Source: a virus (lineage: Duplodnaviria > Caudoviricetes). From it: DNA of 64,000 bases. The notes under the pieces were generated by a model. The model saw only the letters and a program-made list of their open reading frames with translations, was not told the DNA's origin and ran no database searches. Positions within the stretch are counted from its first letter, which is position 1; each line of letters opens with the position of its first letter. Below, piece by piece: positions 1 to 10,002 of this stretch. The stretch lies in the IMG/VR virus record IMGVR_UViG_3300032174_000005, positions 743 through 64,742 of that record; one strand, given 5' to 3'. Made by a program: the position numbers and the translations under genes.

Positions 1-1
1 G

Positions 2-787
2 GCTTCAGAAGAAGACATCAAGGTTCTGGATACGCCGATCGCGCAGAAAGCATTCGACGCGCAGCAAGCCGCCGCGACCGCCGCGATCAACGATTACAAG
101 CAGAAGGCGGATGACTGGTATGAGAAAGTCGCCACGCCGAATCTCACGAAGGCCCAGCAGGAAGCCACGAAGGCTCAAGCGGAAGCAGCGCGACTCCGCG
201 CCCTTGTGGTCAGCTCCACGGATGAAGCTCTGAAAGCGGTCGCCGCTGATATGGGCTACAAGCTGGACGGGTCCGCCGCGCCGAAGAAGGATGATCCTCC
301 GGCCATCGACTCGCGCTATGTCACTACGGAATCCATCCTGAACATGGCGGACAACGTAGGCGACAACCTCGCGCACATGCAGGATGCCGTATTGGAGCAC
401 ATGCAACTCTTCCCCGGCCAGCGCCTGAACGTCGCCGCGCTACGTAAAGAGGCCGTCGCCAACCGCAAGGGATTCTACGAATATTGGGAACAAAAATACA
501 AGGTGCCCGATGCCCGCGAGGCGCAATCCAAGGCCGCGCGCGAGGCGCATGAGGCCACGATCCGCAAGGAAGAACGGGAAAAGGTAACCGCAGAACTTGC
601 CTCACAATATGGCAATCCGAACACCATCCCGTCGTCCCCCAGCACCAACGTCTTCGTCCCGCGTCCTTCCACCGGACGTGAGAAAGCTCCCTGGGAAACC
701 GGTTTCGACGGTCAGAACGGCGCGGGGGATCGCACAGCCCGCGCGGCGAAGAATTACATCGAGCGGCAAGGTACGCGAACGAATTAA
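2..787 (+). CDS. Capsid scaffolding protein (5'-truncated by the window edge)
   Basis: Frame is open from base 2; charged, helical Ala/Glu/Lys-rich sequence directly upstream of the major capsid gene. Confidence 0.6.
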   Translation, partial: ASEEDIKVLDTPIAQKAFDAQQAAATAAINDYKQKADDWYEKVATPNLTKAQQEATKAQAEAARLRALVVSSTDEALKAVAADMGYKLDGSAAPKKDDPPAIDSRYVTTESILNMADNVGDNLAHMQDAVLEHMQLFPGQRLNVAALRKEAVANRKGFYEYWEQKYKVPDAREAQSKAAREAHEATIRKEEREKVTAELASQYGNPNTIPSSPSTNVFVPRPSTGREKAPWETGFDGQNGAGDRTARAAKNYIERQGTRTN

Positions 788-813
788 ATTTGTCTCACTA
801 GGAGTGTACAGCC

Positions 814-1962
814 ATGGCTGATCCAGTATTCGACCAGATCGCAGCGACAACGCTCGCGGACCTCAGGGATGACGTTTTGTATGATTGCTTCTTCGTGGAT
901 TCCGCCTTCCAGCGGAAGCTGCGGACTAGTGGCGCCCTCGATGAGTTTCTGGGCGGCACGATCATGCAGACGCCATTCCAGTACAACCGCGTGAACGGCG
1001 GCGCGATCGCCCCCGGCTCGGACCTCCAAGTCACGCAGAACCAGATTCTGGCCGCGACTGCCTTCGTGCCCAAGGAATACGTGGAACAAGTCCCATTGAA
1101 CCTGTTCCGGACCAACGTAATTCAGGGCAGCGGCCCAGCGGTGAAGATCAAAGAAGTGGACGCCTACATGACGAACGCGGTCCAGGCGCTCAACACGGAT
1201 ATCTCCATCGACTTCTTCCGGCACGGCCAATCCATCTCCGGCTCCAATCGCCTGATCTTCATCAACGGGATCAGCGAGGCCCTGAACGACGGCATCAATC
1301 CCTCGTGGGATGGCAACGTGTTCACCACCTACGGCTCGCAGCTTCGCAATGGCGTCGTCGGCAACGTGCTGAACAGCGTTCCCATCTGGGCAGGCAACCA
1401 AACCGGTGGCACGGGGCAGATCAGCTATAAGGTGCTCGTGGAAGCGTATCTGAACTGCGTCCAGCGTCCTGACATCGGCCTCTGCAACAAGGCATTGTAC
1501 GCTTACCTCTTGGAGCGGCAGGAACCGAAGCAACGCTTCAGCATGGAACAGGACGTATCCATCGGAATGTCCGGATTGAAACTTCTGGATGCGATGATCT
1601 TTGAGGAGAAGCTGGCCCCCAGCACAAAGTATGGCACCCTTTTGCCCTCTGGCCTCTCCCAGACGACCTCTATCAAGCCGTCCACGTTCACCGTGCCGAA
1701 CCTCACGACAGCCCAAGTGGCCGTCTCGAACTTCCCCACCGGCGGCACCGCGACCATCAACCCCGGCGAGCCGTTCTTCTGGCTGCGCGTGAAGGGCTGG
1801 AAGATCCGCCCATCCGCCGACCCGGAATACAATTTCAATTTCACTCCGCCAATCCGGTCGCAAACCAACCCGGACCTGGTTGTCATGTTCTTGAAAGCTG
1901 CCCTCAACTGTTATACCACAAGTCCCCGTGATAACAGTCAGATACTAGGTGCTGGCTTCTAG
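814..1962 (+). CDS. Major capsid protein
   Basis: 382 aa, AGGAG RBS, follows scaffold; HK97-fold coat-like sequence (GGTIMQTPFQY, INGISEAL); ends in TAG. Confidence 0.85.
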   Translation: MADPVFDQIAATTLADLRDDVLYDCFFVDSAFQRKLRTSGALDEFLGGTIMQTPFQYNRVNGGAIAPGSDLQVTQNQILAATAFVPKEYVEQVPLNLFRTNVIQGSGPAVKIKEVDAYMTNAVQALNTDISIDFFRHGQSISGSNRLIFINGISEALNDGINPSWDGNVFTTYGSQLRNGVVGNVLNSVPIWAGNQTGGTGQISYKVLVEAYLNCVQRPDIGLCNKALYAYLLERQEPKQRFSMEQDVSIGMSGLKLLDAMIFEEKLAPSTKYGTLLPSGLSQTTSIKPSTFTVPNLTTAQVAVSNFPTGGTATINPGEPFFWLRVKGWKIRPSADPEYNFNFTPPIRSQTNPDLVVMFLKAALNCYTTSPRDNSQILGAGF

Positions 1963-2003
1963 TTTCGTTATACGTTATTAATTGCTAGAATTGTGGAGGA
2001 AAT

Positions 2004-2654
2004 ATGGCCGCAGGAATGTTGACGAAGCAAGCCACACTGAACACCGCGAAGTTCCTGAACGACGTGAACGACGCGGCGGCGGGAGGGGTAATCGTAACAC
2101 TCCCGGCGGGAGTCACTGGCCCGCAAGTCTCCCAGGATCTCCCCGGTGATCGCATCGCGCTTGACGATGCCACGGCCCTCGCGCTATCTGACACGGCCAT
2201 CGGCACTCTCCTCGGCGGCGTGTACATGTATGTCAAAGCCACCTCCGTGACCCGCGCCATCTCTCGCGGCTGCGTGGCGTTCTTTAAAACCGCCGATCTC
2301 GGCACCTCGTACGCCGTGTACTCGGACGTGGACCCGACTGCCGCGCATCCCTCCCACGTCGCGGGCCTGTTCATCAACACCATCACCTCCGGCAACTACG
2401 GATGGATTCTCGTGGCGGGTTCCGGCGCGGGGCAATTCTCAGACGAAGCCCTCACATCTGCCAACGACGGCGCGAACGTAACCGTGAAAATCAGCACCTC
2501 CACTCTCGCGACGAAGGGCTACCCGCTGGACGCCGGCGCATCTCCGACCGAAGCCACAGTCGCCTCGCAAGTTGGCGTGGCGTGCGGCCTGCCCTCCTCC
2601 ACCGTCATCTCAACCGTCATGCTGACGCGCGGCACATTCTGCGGACGCATCTAA
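2004..2654 (+). CDS. Head decoration/cement protein
   Basis: Follows the capsid gene, GGAGG RBS; YMYVKA and GNYGWI motifs typical of beta-tulip cement proteins. Confidence 0.6.
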   Translation: MAAGMLTKQATLNTAKFLNDVNDAAAGGVIVTLPAGVTGPQVSQDLPGDRIALDDATALALSDTAIGTLLGGVYMYVKATSVTRAISRGCVAFFKTADLGTSYAVYSDVDPTAAHPSHVAGLFINTITSGNYGWILVAGSGAGQFSDEALTSANDGANVTVKISTSTLATKGYPLDAGASPTEATVASQVGVACGLPSSTVISTVMLTRGTFCGRI

Positions 2655-2663
2655 GGAGCCATC

Positions 2664-3026
2664 ATGGCGAATCGAATTCTCGACGGATACATGCTACAGG
2701 TCAGCGAAAAGCTAGAAGTCATCGTTGACCATGATGGCCCTGCTACCTATGTCAACACGAACACCTTCGCGACCTCCGGCGAAACGATCAACGCATCCGA
2801 CTTCGGCCTCGGGGGATTTGAACTCGTCCAGGTGGATGCGCTATCATCCGATGGCCTGAACTACGCCTACGTTGTGCTGGTCGGCCAATCCACCAGCACC
2901 GCGAACAAAGCCAACGCGGTCACCTCAGCGGTCATCCACTGGTTTGTCGTGGCTACGGGCGCGGAAGTGGCGAATGGTGTGGTACTCAACACAAAATCAA
3001 TCCGACTTCAGATTCGAGGGGTGTAA
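2664..3026 (+). CDS. Virion structural protein
   Basis: AAGGAG RBS, head module, GAEVANGVVL-type motif. Confidence 0.55.
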   Translation: MANRILDGYMLQVSEKLEVIVDHDGPATYVNTNTFATSGETINASDFGLGGFELVQVDALSSDGLNYAYVVLVGQSTSTANKANAVTSAVIHWFVVATGAEVANGVVLNTKSIRLQIRGV

Positions 3027-3028
3027 TA

Positions 3029-3196
3029 ATGGGATCAGCCGCTAAAGTAGGCGCAGGATTGGGATTCGAAAAGGAACCGAAGCAGCCGCACGGGCCGAAG
3101 CTCCGGGGGAAGCAACCGCTCGTCCACTCCCATGGGAAAGCCCCCGTGCGGAAGATCAATCCCGGCAAGCGCGCCACCGCGAAATCATCCATCTAG
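3029..3196 (+). CDS. Small basic protein, 55 aa (MGSAAKVGAG...KSSI)
   Basis: Read manually; fills the gap between structural genes; Lys/Pro-rich. Confidence 0.5.
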   Translation: MGSAAKVGAGLGFEKEPKQPHGPKLRGKQPLVHSHGKAPVRKINPGKRATAKSSI

Positions 3197-3213
3197 GAGC
3201 GGGGGAATGATCC

Positions 3214-4209
3214 GTGTCTCTCGCATCCATGATGACGGAACTGCGCGGCAGCGTGCCGAAGCTGCCCATCAGTTTCACCAAGACTCTCGTTAACCGCGCA
3301 TATCGGTCCATCCGCCTCGCCAATCTGTGGTCATTTAACCTATTCGAGTCCGCTTGGATCACCCCGCCGCTGATTAACTCTGGGACAGTCACCACCACTC
3401 AGGGCTCGGCCACCATCACATTCGACGCGAACGCGATCACCGCATTGAACGCTGGCACCACACTCTATTCCTTCATCACCCAGCGACAATTCCGCATCGG
3501 CGTCGGCGGAATCTACTCCATCATCACCTATAACAGCGGCACGGGAGTCGCGACCCTGGATCGTATCTTCGCTGATCCCGCCGGGGCAGGCCAAGCCTAT
3601 TCTGTTTACCAATTATACTATACCGCGCCTTACCAAGACTTCCGCACGTGGCTGTCCGTCCGCAATCCTCAAATGTTCATCGACCTCGATCTCACCACCA
3701 CGCGATCAGAAGTGGACGCAATGGACCCGCAACGCAGCTGGTATCAATTCCCCACGCGAGTCGTCCCATACGGCCTCGACCTGCGCGGCGCAGGCACCGC
3801 GAACCAATCCGCGACATTTCAATATCCAATGTTTGAGCTGTGGGGCCAGCCCGTGCAACTTTTCACCTATCCATGCTACGGCGTGCGCGATGGCGTTGAT
3901 CTTGTCAATCCCGGTGACACGATTCCCCCGCAAATCCGCGAGGAAACGATCATCGCGCGGGCGAAACTCTATGCATACGAATGGGCCGAAGCGAACAAGG
4001 ACATGTCCCCGCGATCCTCCGGCCCAGACTTCAAATATCTCAGCGGTGCGACGATGGCGGAATATAAGGAACTCTTGCAGAAGGACCGTCAAACAGATAA
4101 GGATTTCGTGGACAACTGGATCACCGCACGCGCCCCCGGCCTCGCAGGACGCGGCATCGGCTACTACAATTCCATCTCCGGATTCGCTGGTCCGTACTCA
4201 CAATTATAA
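3214..4209 (+). CDS. Head-tail adaptor-like structural protein
   Basis: 331 aa; N-terminal helical segment (LVNRAYRSIR..NLWSF) typical of adaptors, plus a Thr-rich beta insertion. Confidence 0.55.
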   Translation: MSLASMMTELRGSVPKLPISFTKTLVNRAYRSIRLANLWSFNLFESAWITPPLINSGTVTTTQGSATITFDANAITALNAGTTLYSFITQRQFRIGVGGIYSIITYNSGTGVATLDRIFADPAGAGQAYSVYQLYYTAPYQDFRTWLSVRNPQMFIDLDLTTTRSEVDAMDPQRSWYQFPTRVVPYGLDLRGAGTANQSATFQYPMFELWGQPVQLFTYPCYGVRDGVDLVNPGDTIPPQIREETIIARAKLYAYEWAEANKDMSPRSSGPDFKYLSGATMAEYKELLQKDRQTDKDFVDNWITARAPGLAGRGIGYYNSISGFAGPYSQL

Positions 4210-4237
4210 TTATTTCTTCCGTCATACCGTTTTCCCC

Positions 4238-4266
4238 TTGCATATTCCCCCCGCCCCGTGTAGAAA
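4238..4266 (+). promoter_or_regulatory. Sigma70-like promoter, probably leaderless
   Basis: TTGCAT-17 nt-TAGAAA, 6 nt before ATG 4273; no SD. Confidence 0.45.
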
Positions 4267-4272
4267 TCTTCC

Positions 4273-5391
4273 ATGCCTGATACCAATCCGTCAATATCCG
4301 ACAATCCCGTTAAATACATGCAACTGGATAACGCAAGATACGCCATACTTCATCTGGCCACTCATCCACCTGTCACATGGGAAGACTATCTACATATTTC
4401 TAGTGCGTTCTTTCTCTTAGAACACACGTCACTTGCCCTGCACAACGCCCGTGAAGCCATTCGCATAGATCGCAATCCCCTGACCCTGATTAATCTTGCG
4501 GTGATATTGGAGTCTCAATCAGACTTCTATACCGCCCTCCCTCTTGCGGAGGAAGCATACAAGCTGGACCCGTCCAACAATTTTGCGGCCATCCTATACT
4601 CTGATGCGCTCCTGCGGATGGGCCATTATGCGGAGGCATGGCCGCTGTACTCTCGCTCGCACACAAATTGGGGATGGGTGAAGGAAATCATCCCCGAGTG
4701 GGATGGTCGCGCGGATCTGCTCCACAAACGTATCCTAGTGCTCTCCGGCGGGGGGTACGGGGATAATTTCTTCCATCTCCGCTGGATACCTCAACTAAAG
4801 CAGCGCGGGGCTCACATCACGTATATGTGCCCTCCGTCTATGCACTCCCTGCTGGCAGGGATGCCGGGATTCGACCGCCTGCTGCCCTCGGACAGCCAGT
4901 TAATCCCGTCGGAATATGACTACCACACCTGTGTGCTGGCCCTCGGGGGATACTTTAGCCACACTCGAAAAAGTTATATCCAAGTTTCCAAACGGGCTAC
5001 CGCGAAGGTGGCCTTGCGCACACATGCGGGTGAAGAGAAAGTTCCTCGGCGTAATCGTTCTTTATCTCAACCCCAAACCAGCCAATTACGCGAGGCCATA
5101 GGCAGGAAACTGGACTGGAATTTGGATATGGCCCCCAGCACTTGGAAGGAAACTGCGGAGGCGGTAGTATCTTGTCAGTTGATCATCACCGTGGACACCG
5201 CCATCGCCCACCTCGCTGGCGCAATGGGCATCCCCTGCTGGGTCATCCTCCCCGGCAACTCCGCAGCATACTATGGCGTCAGTGGTGAATCCTGCCCGTG
5301 GTATCCCTCCCACCGCCTGTTCCGCAACGGTGGCGAAGGCATCGACCATTCCGTGGATTCCGTCTGCCGCGCGCTGGGGGAACTTTCTTAA
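4273..5391 (+). CDS. TPR-containing GT-B glycosyltransferase (GT9-like C-terminus)
   Basis: TPR-like N-terminus; GGGYGDNF and LIITVDTAIAHLAGAMGIPCWVIL..CPWYPSHRLFR motifs. Confidence 0.8.
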   Translation: MPDTNPSISDNPVKYMQLDNARYAILHLATHPPVTWEDYLHISSAFFLLEHTSLALHNAREAIRIDRNPLTLINLAVILESQSDFYTALPLAEEAYKLDPSNNFAAILYSDALLRMGHYAEAWPLYSRSHTNWGWVKEIIPEWDGRADLLHKRILVLSGGGYGDNFFHLRWIPQLKQRGAHITYMCPPSMHSLLAGMPGFDRLLPSDSQLIPSEYDYHTCVLALGGYFSHTRKSYIQVSKRATAKVALRTHAGEEKVPRRNRSLSQPQTSQLREAIGRKLDWNLDMAPSTWKETAEAVVSCQLIITVDTAIAHLAGAMGIPCWVILPGNSAAYYGVSGESCPWYPSHRLFRNGGEGIDHSVDSVCRALGELS

Positions 5392-5757
5392 ATGCCTAGA
5401 CTTCGTGGAAGTATCACCAATTGTCCTCATGTGGAGGTAAAGCATCATTGTAAGGGCATGTGCCGAAGCTGTTATTGGAAGGCAAATCACAGAGCCAATC
5501 CAAATCGCGTTCGCTGGAACCATATCAGAGCGCGATATAAAATCTCAAAAGAGCAGTGGATGTACATGCTCAAACAACAAAAGGGCCTCTGTAAGATATG
5601 TGATCATCCCCTGATGATTAATAAATGGGCGGCTACTGATCATAACCACAAGACAGGGAGAGTGCGAGGCCTCCTCTGCTCTGTCTGTAATGGAAATATC
5701 GGATGGTTTGAGAGAAATAGAGAGCGGGTGTTTGCCCATCTTTCGGAGCCACAATGA
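5392..5757 (+). CDS. Endonuclease VII-like HNH endonuclease
   Basis: QKGLCKIC...DHNHKTGRVRGLLCSVCN motif. Confidence 0.85.
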   Translation: MPRLRGSITNCPHVEVKHHCKGMCRSCYWKANHRANPNRVRWNHIRARYKISKEQWMYMLKQQKGLCKICDHPLMINKWAATDHNHKTGRVRGLLCSVCNGNIGWFERNRERVFAHLSEPQ

Positions 5758-6101
5758 TAAAAATGGTCCAAAAAATCTGGGGTTCTGAAGAATGGTTAGT
5801 TAATACAGAGCTGTATTGTCTGAAGAAAATGATCGTCCGCCCCGGCGGGATGTGCTCCCTGCACGCGCATCCCAAAAAAGACGAAACATTCTACCTCCTG
5901 ATGGGCAAGCCCATGATCCAAATCGGCAATCTCGTCGCGCCGTTGCGTTACGCCGTCCGCATCCCTCCCAACACGAAGCATCGCTTCTGGGTGCCCCCCG
6001 GCGAGCGTGAGGCGATCTTCTGGGAAGTTTCCACCCATCACGAGGATTCCGATGTCATCCGATACGAAGAATCGAGGATTATCACCAATGACCCAACGTG
6101 A
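5754..6101 (+). CDS. Cupin-fold sugar isomerase-like protein
   Basis: KIWGSEEW, CSLHAHPKKDETFY, IPPNTKHRF, EVSTHH motifs. Confidence 0.8.
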   Translation: MIKMVQKIWGSEEWLVNTELYCLKKMIVRPGGMCSLHAHPKKDETFYLLMGKPMIQIGNLVAPLRYAVRIPPNTKHRFWVPPGEREAIFWEVSTHHEDSDVIRYEESRIITNDPT

Positions 6102-6261
6102 CCAAACTACGTTGATGCGCTATCTCAAGAAGTCAATAGAGGCTTGTCCTATTGCTGTCGATGCCAAGCTAACCTTGCAGCAGTGTGATAATCATCCGTG
6201 CGATCACTGGCAGATTATTATCGCTCCGGTTACTCGACGTAAGAAGAATCGAGGACGCTGA
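6088..6261 (+). CDS. Hypothetical protein, 57 aa
   Basis: GAGG RBS; coupled between cupin and methyltransferase genes. Confidence 0.4.
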   Translation: MTQRDQTTLMRYLKKSIEACPIAVDAKLTLQQCDNHPCDHWQIIIAPVTRRKKNRGR

Positions 6262-6262
6262 T

Positions 6263-7441
6263 ATGACCTGTAGAGGCTGCGGCTCCTCTGACACACGCAC
6301 GATATTCTCCCTCGGCGATATGCCACTCGCGAATTCCCTATTGGACGGCCCCTCGCAGCCGTATAAAACCTATCCCCTGGAACTCGCGCTCTGCCCTGTC
6401 TGCTCCCTCGTGCAGCTCACCCAGACGGTGCCCCCCGAAGACCTGTTCGTGGATTATTCCTATCTCACCTCCTACTCCATCCCGATGGTCGAACACGCGA
6501 AGCAACTCGTGGACGAGGTGATGTCACTTTACTCCCCGGAATTCATCCTAGAAATCGGCTCAAACGACGGTTATCTCCTCCAGCACTACCTCCCGCATTC
6601 CGTCCCGACCGTCCTTGGCATCGACCCGTCCCACATCGCCGCGCAGGCCGCGAAATCCCGCAACGTGGCCACGATCGAAGGATTCTTCGGCTCCCTCTAC
6701 GCGAACACGATCGTTGATCAGGTGGACATCATCCATGCGAACAACGTGCTGGCCCACGTCCCTGACCTGAACGATTTTGTAGGGGGCATCGCCCTCGCGC
6801 TGAAGCCCTCGGGCCTCGCGATTATTGAAGTTCCATATCTCTGCCAGCTTATTGATAAGACAGCGTTTGATACGTGCTACCATGAGCACATTTTCTATTT
6901 CTCCCTGACCGCGCTGTCTGCCCTGTTCGCGCGACACAATCTAATCATCAACCGCACGGATGAAATCCCCACTCATGGCGGATCCCTTCGCCTCTGGGTA
7001 GGCAAGCGCGGTGCTCCCGATCCGACCACCCTCCGCCTGCTATCCCGCGAGTCATTTTTCATTCGCTCCTCTGGATACTACCGTCAATTCGCCCTCCGCG
7101 TGGAAGCGGCGAAACGCGACACCCGCGAACTCCTATCCCACCGCACCGTCGCAGGATTCGGTGCAGCCGCCAAAGCCACTATCTTCCTCAACGCCTGCGG
7201 AATCACCTCCGCCGAAATGCCCTACATCGCCGACGCCACGCCCACGAAACAGGGGAAATTCATCCCCGGCACGGGCATTCAAGTCCTCCCCGTGGAATCC
7301 TGGCTTAACGACCAGCCCGACGCGACGATGATTCTCTGCTGGAATTTCGCCCATGACGTTGCGCATCGGTACACGCCCGCGTATCATGGCAGGTTCTTCA
7401 CATGGTATACCCCTGAGATAATCCAAGGAGTCTCACAATGA
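6263..7441 (+). CDS. NDP-hexose C-methyltransferase (Zn-binding, SAM-dependent)
   Basis: CRGC...CPVC Zn site, EIGSNDG, NNVLAHVPD, YHEH, THGGSLR, FGAAAKA, KQGKFIPGT. Confidence 0.9.
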   Translation: MTCRGCGSSDTRTIFSLGDMPLANSLLDGPSQPYKTYPLELALCPVCSLVQLTQTVPPEDLFVDYSYLTSYSIPMVEHAKQLVDEVMSLYSPEFILEIGSNDGYLLQHYLPHSVPTVLGIDPSHIAAQAAKSRNVATIEGFFGSLYANTIVDQVDIIHANNVLAHVPDLNDFVGGIALALKPSGLAIIEVPYLCQLIDKTAFDTCYHEHIFYFSLTALSALFARHNLIINRTDEIPTHGGSLRLWVGKRGAPDPTTLRLLSRESFFIRSSGYYRQFALRVEAAKRDTRELLSHRTVAGFGAAAKATIFLNACGITSAEMPYIADATPTKQGKFIPGTGIQVLPVESWLNDQPDATMILCWNFAHDVAHRYTPAYHGRFFTWYTPEIIQGVSQ

Positions 7442-8334
7442 GCGTTGGAGTGGTATTCGTATCGACAGGTGGAAATAAAATAGCCCGCGCGTTGCGTTCC
7501 TTCCGCCGTACTGAGCCTGATCTGCCTGTTCACATTGCATTCGCCACCTCGTCGAAAGTCTGGCCCGCAAACGAGGTGCAAGTCCCCACGGAATATTTCG
7601 TGCGCCAGCCAAACGTAAAAGTGCTGCACACCTACTCCACCGGATGGATCAACGGCTGCTTCAACGAGGCCATCAACTGGATGCGGCAGCTCGGTCATTC
7701 CCACGTGTGCTGTCTGCATGATGACACGATATTCTCACCACTTCCCGAGAACGTCGGCGACTTATCCAAATGGCTGGCCTACGCGGAATCCAGTCCCGCA
7801 TCAGGCATCACCCTGTCCTCCCTCGAAGCGCTCGTCCACACCGGCATCGAAGGAATCTGGGAGCGTTCCCCCGCTGAATGGGACGCACGCGATTTGGAAT
7901 CCCCTTCCGTCTGGCAGACCATGTGCCCGAACGGACAATCCGCGATGTATTTCGGCTCCCCCGGCTCGGACCACGGCGTATCCCTCGGGGACTGGTTCGT
8001 GAAATACTTCGTCACCGAACGCATCATCTCCATCGCAAGACTCGGCCCAGTCGGCTTCATCATCCCTATCCACTTGTGGGAGGCCATCAACGGATTCGGC
8101 GAGTCCGATGGAATCTTCTACGACATGGAGTATCCCGTCCGCACGGCGATGCTGGGCCTGCCCCCCGTGCTGGCCGTCCCCAACTGCCCCATCCTTCATC
8201 TCCACAATCAATCCACCGCATTCGGCGACCCGGCCACCGGCATCTGGGGCCACGACCTGCAATCATTCATTCACAAATACGGCGGCGATCCAGCGGCGAT
8301 CCTCCGCTCGCTGCCCAACGGAGGTGGATATTGA
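7438..8334 (+). CDS. GT-A fold glycosyltransferase (GT2-like)
   Basis: CCLHDD (DxD-like) motif, GFGESDGIFYDME, ILHLHNQS. Confidence 0.6.
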   Translation: MSVGVVFVSTGGNKIARALRSFRRTEPDLPVHIAFATSSKVWPANEVQVPTEYFVRQPNVKVLHTYSTGWINGCFNEAINWMRQLGHSHVCCLHDDTIFSPLPENVGDLSKWLAYAESSPASGITLSSLEALVHTGIEGIWERSPAEWDARDLESPSVWQTMCPNGQSAMYFGSPGSDHGVSLGDWFVKYFVTERIISIARLGPVGFIIPIHLWEAINGFGESDGIFYDMEYPVRTAMLGLPPVLAVPNCPILHLHNQSTAFGDPATGIWGHDLQSFIHKYGGDPAAILRSLPNGGGY

Positions 8335-8924
8335 AGTACCCTGATGTATCGGAAGTGTTGCGCGGGGAAACTCTGCTGAAGGAGGATGACACTTGGATTC
8401 GATTGATCCATGAGAAGCAGCATCTGGTGGAATCCCTCTCCCGTGTTTATCCGAATAGCATCCTCGAAATCGGCTGTGGCACGGGCATCTACGCGGGAAT
8501 GCTGGCGAAAAAGTTCCCCAAAGCGATCTATACAGGCGTGGATGCGAATCCGGAAGCACTCGCCATCGCGCGGCGGAGGAATCCTGATCTAAAATTTATA
8601 CAAGCCGATTTCCGCGATGTGGAAATGTTGAACGGAGAATGGGATCTCGTCTGCGCGCACGCTTTCCTGAAACATTTCGATCTTGAAAACTGGATGGAAC
8701 TGTTCCCCAAGTTCCTGTCTCTCGGCTATATGGCACAGTTCGACATGCAGACCGCCGCTGAGACGATCAATGATGGCTCGCCGTCCTTCGGCAACAACCT
8801 GTGGGTGGCAGACAATTTATTCAACGAAACCTTCGTCGCGTCTGGACACAAAATTATCAGTTATGAGACGGCATATGAATCCGCCGATCGCCGCGCCACC
8901 ATCTTCCTCACGGAGCGCCAATGA
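8331..8924 (+). CDS. Class I SAM-dependent methyltransferase
   Basis: TTG start after GGAGG; ILEIGCGTG, YTGVD, FIQADF. Confidence 0.85.
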   Translation: MKYPDVSEVLRGETLLKEDDTWIRLIHEKQHLVESLSRVYPNSILEIGCGTGIYAGMLAKKFPKAIYTGVDANPEALAIARRRNPDLKFIQADFRDVEMLNGEWDLVCAHAFLKHFDLENWMELFPKFLSLGYMAQFDMQTAAETINDGSPSFGNNLWVADNLFNETFVASGHKIISYETAYESADRRATIFLTERQ

Positions 8925-9469
8925 ACCTCCCCTCCAACTTCGAACGCTTCAACGCGGGCCAGCGCAAGCCGGAATTCCTCACCTGGGCCTCCATCTGCCT
9001 CGCCTCCGGCGCGAAAAGTTACGTGGAATTGGGGACCGGCCACGCGGCCTATATGCGGGAGATGGGAATTGAAAAAGTCGTCGCCGTGGATATCAACACA
9101 CCACTATACGGAATAGAAGACGCGGGCGTGCATTACGTGGGCGGCAGCAGCTACGACATCTCCACCCTCAGCAAAGTGACTGAAATACTCGGCGGGCTCC
9201 CCGATATCGTGTTCATCGACGCGGATCACGACGGGGACGCGCCATTATGGGACTTCAACCTCTGGTATCCTGTCGCACAGAAACTTGTGGGATTCCACGA
9301 CATCCAGATTCCCAATATCAAGCACCGCATCTGGCCCGCCATTTCACTGGCTCACCCTTCCGTGGAAATACTGGGCCGCGACTTCGCCTCCGCCGCCGCG
9401 TGGCAGGGTCCGCTCTGCCCAGCTGACGGCATCCTCTCCGGCGGCGGAATTGGAGTCATATGGAAATAA
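8921..9469 (+). CDS. SAM-dependent methyltransferase (Methyltransf_24-like)
   Basis: VELGTG, DIVFIDADH, VGFHDI, GGIGVI. Confidence 0.8.
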   Translation: MNLPSNFERFNAGQRKPEFLTWASICLASGAKSYVELGTGHAAYMREMGIEKVVAVDINTPLYGIEDAGVHYVGGSSYDISTLSKVTEILGGLPDIVFIDADHDGDAPLWDFNLWYPVAQKLVGFHDIQIPNIKHRIWPAISLAHPSVEILGRDFASAAAWQGPLCPADGILSGGGIGVIWK

Positions 9470-10002
9470 CCTACACTCCCCTGTGCGCATTGGCCGAGCA
9501 TTACGGCACAGACAAACGCCCCGAGCCGCTTGGCCATGGGTACACGCACTATTACCATTCCCTTTTCGCCGATCGCCGCGAATCCATCCGCAAGGTGATG
9601 GAAATCGGCATCGACGTGGGGGCATCGCTCCGCATGTGGAGGGATTACTTTCCCAATGCAACTATATATGGCGTGGATGTGGACCCGAACAAACTTATCA
9701 CTGAGGACCGTATCCAATGTTTCCTGTGTGACCAAAGCAGTGAATCCGCGCTGATTGACCTCACCTTCCGCGTGGGCGACTCCTTTGACCTCATCATCGA
9801 CGACGGCTCACATCGCCCGCATGATCAAATCACCACCGCGAATGTGCTGATCCCCTCCCTCACGCCGGGGGGCATCTACGTGATCGAGGACGTACTGGAG
9901 CCGCGCGGCGTCACTCCCCACCTCCCCTGCGAATCCCATGTGGAATATTTCAAAGTGGAACGCGATCCCTGGAGCAAACTGATGGTGATACATGCAAGCT
10001 GA
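9460..10002 (+). CDS. Sugar O-methyltransferase (MycE/TylE-like)
   Basis: YGTDK, HGYTHYY, MEIGI..GASLRMWRDYFPNA, CDQS, IIDDGSH, GGIYVIED. Confidence 0.85.
   Translation: MEITYTPLCALAEHYGTDKRPEPLGHGYTHYYHSLFADRRESIRKVMEIGIDVGASLRMWRDYFPNATIYGVDVDPNKLITEDRIQCFLCDQSSESALIDLTFRVGDSFDLIIDDGSHRPHDQITTANVLIPSLTPGGIYVIEDVLEPRGVTPHLPCESHVEYFKVERDPWSKLMVIHAS

Noticed and set aside
784-1863. Long antisense ORFs (also 10570..11388, 29758..30651, 38843..39610)
   Set aside because: Shadows of well-supported genes in GC-rich DNA, with no motifs
1960-2022. Amber readthrough fusing capsid to decoration protein
   Set aside because: Readthrough adds 19 codons and then meets TGA; the next gene is in another frame
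7878-8330. Long N-terminus of ORF 7878..8924
   Set aside because: Arg/Pro-rich shadow of the overlapping glycosyltransferase; the real start is TTG 8331
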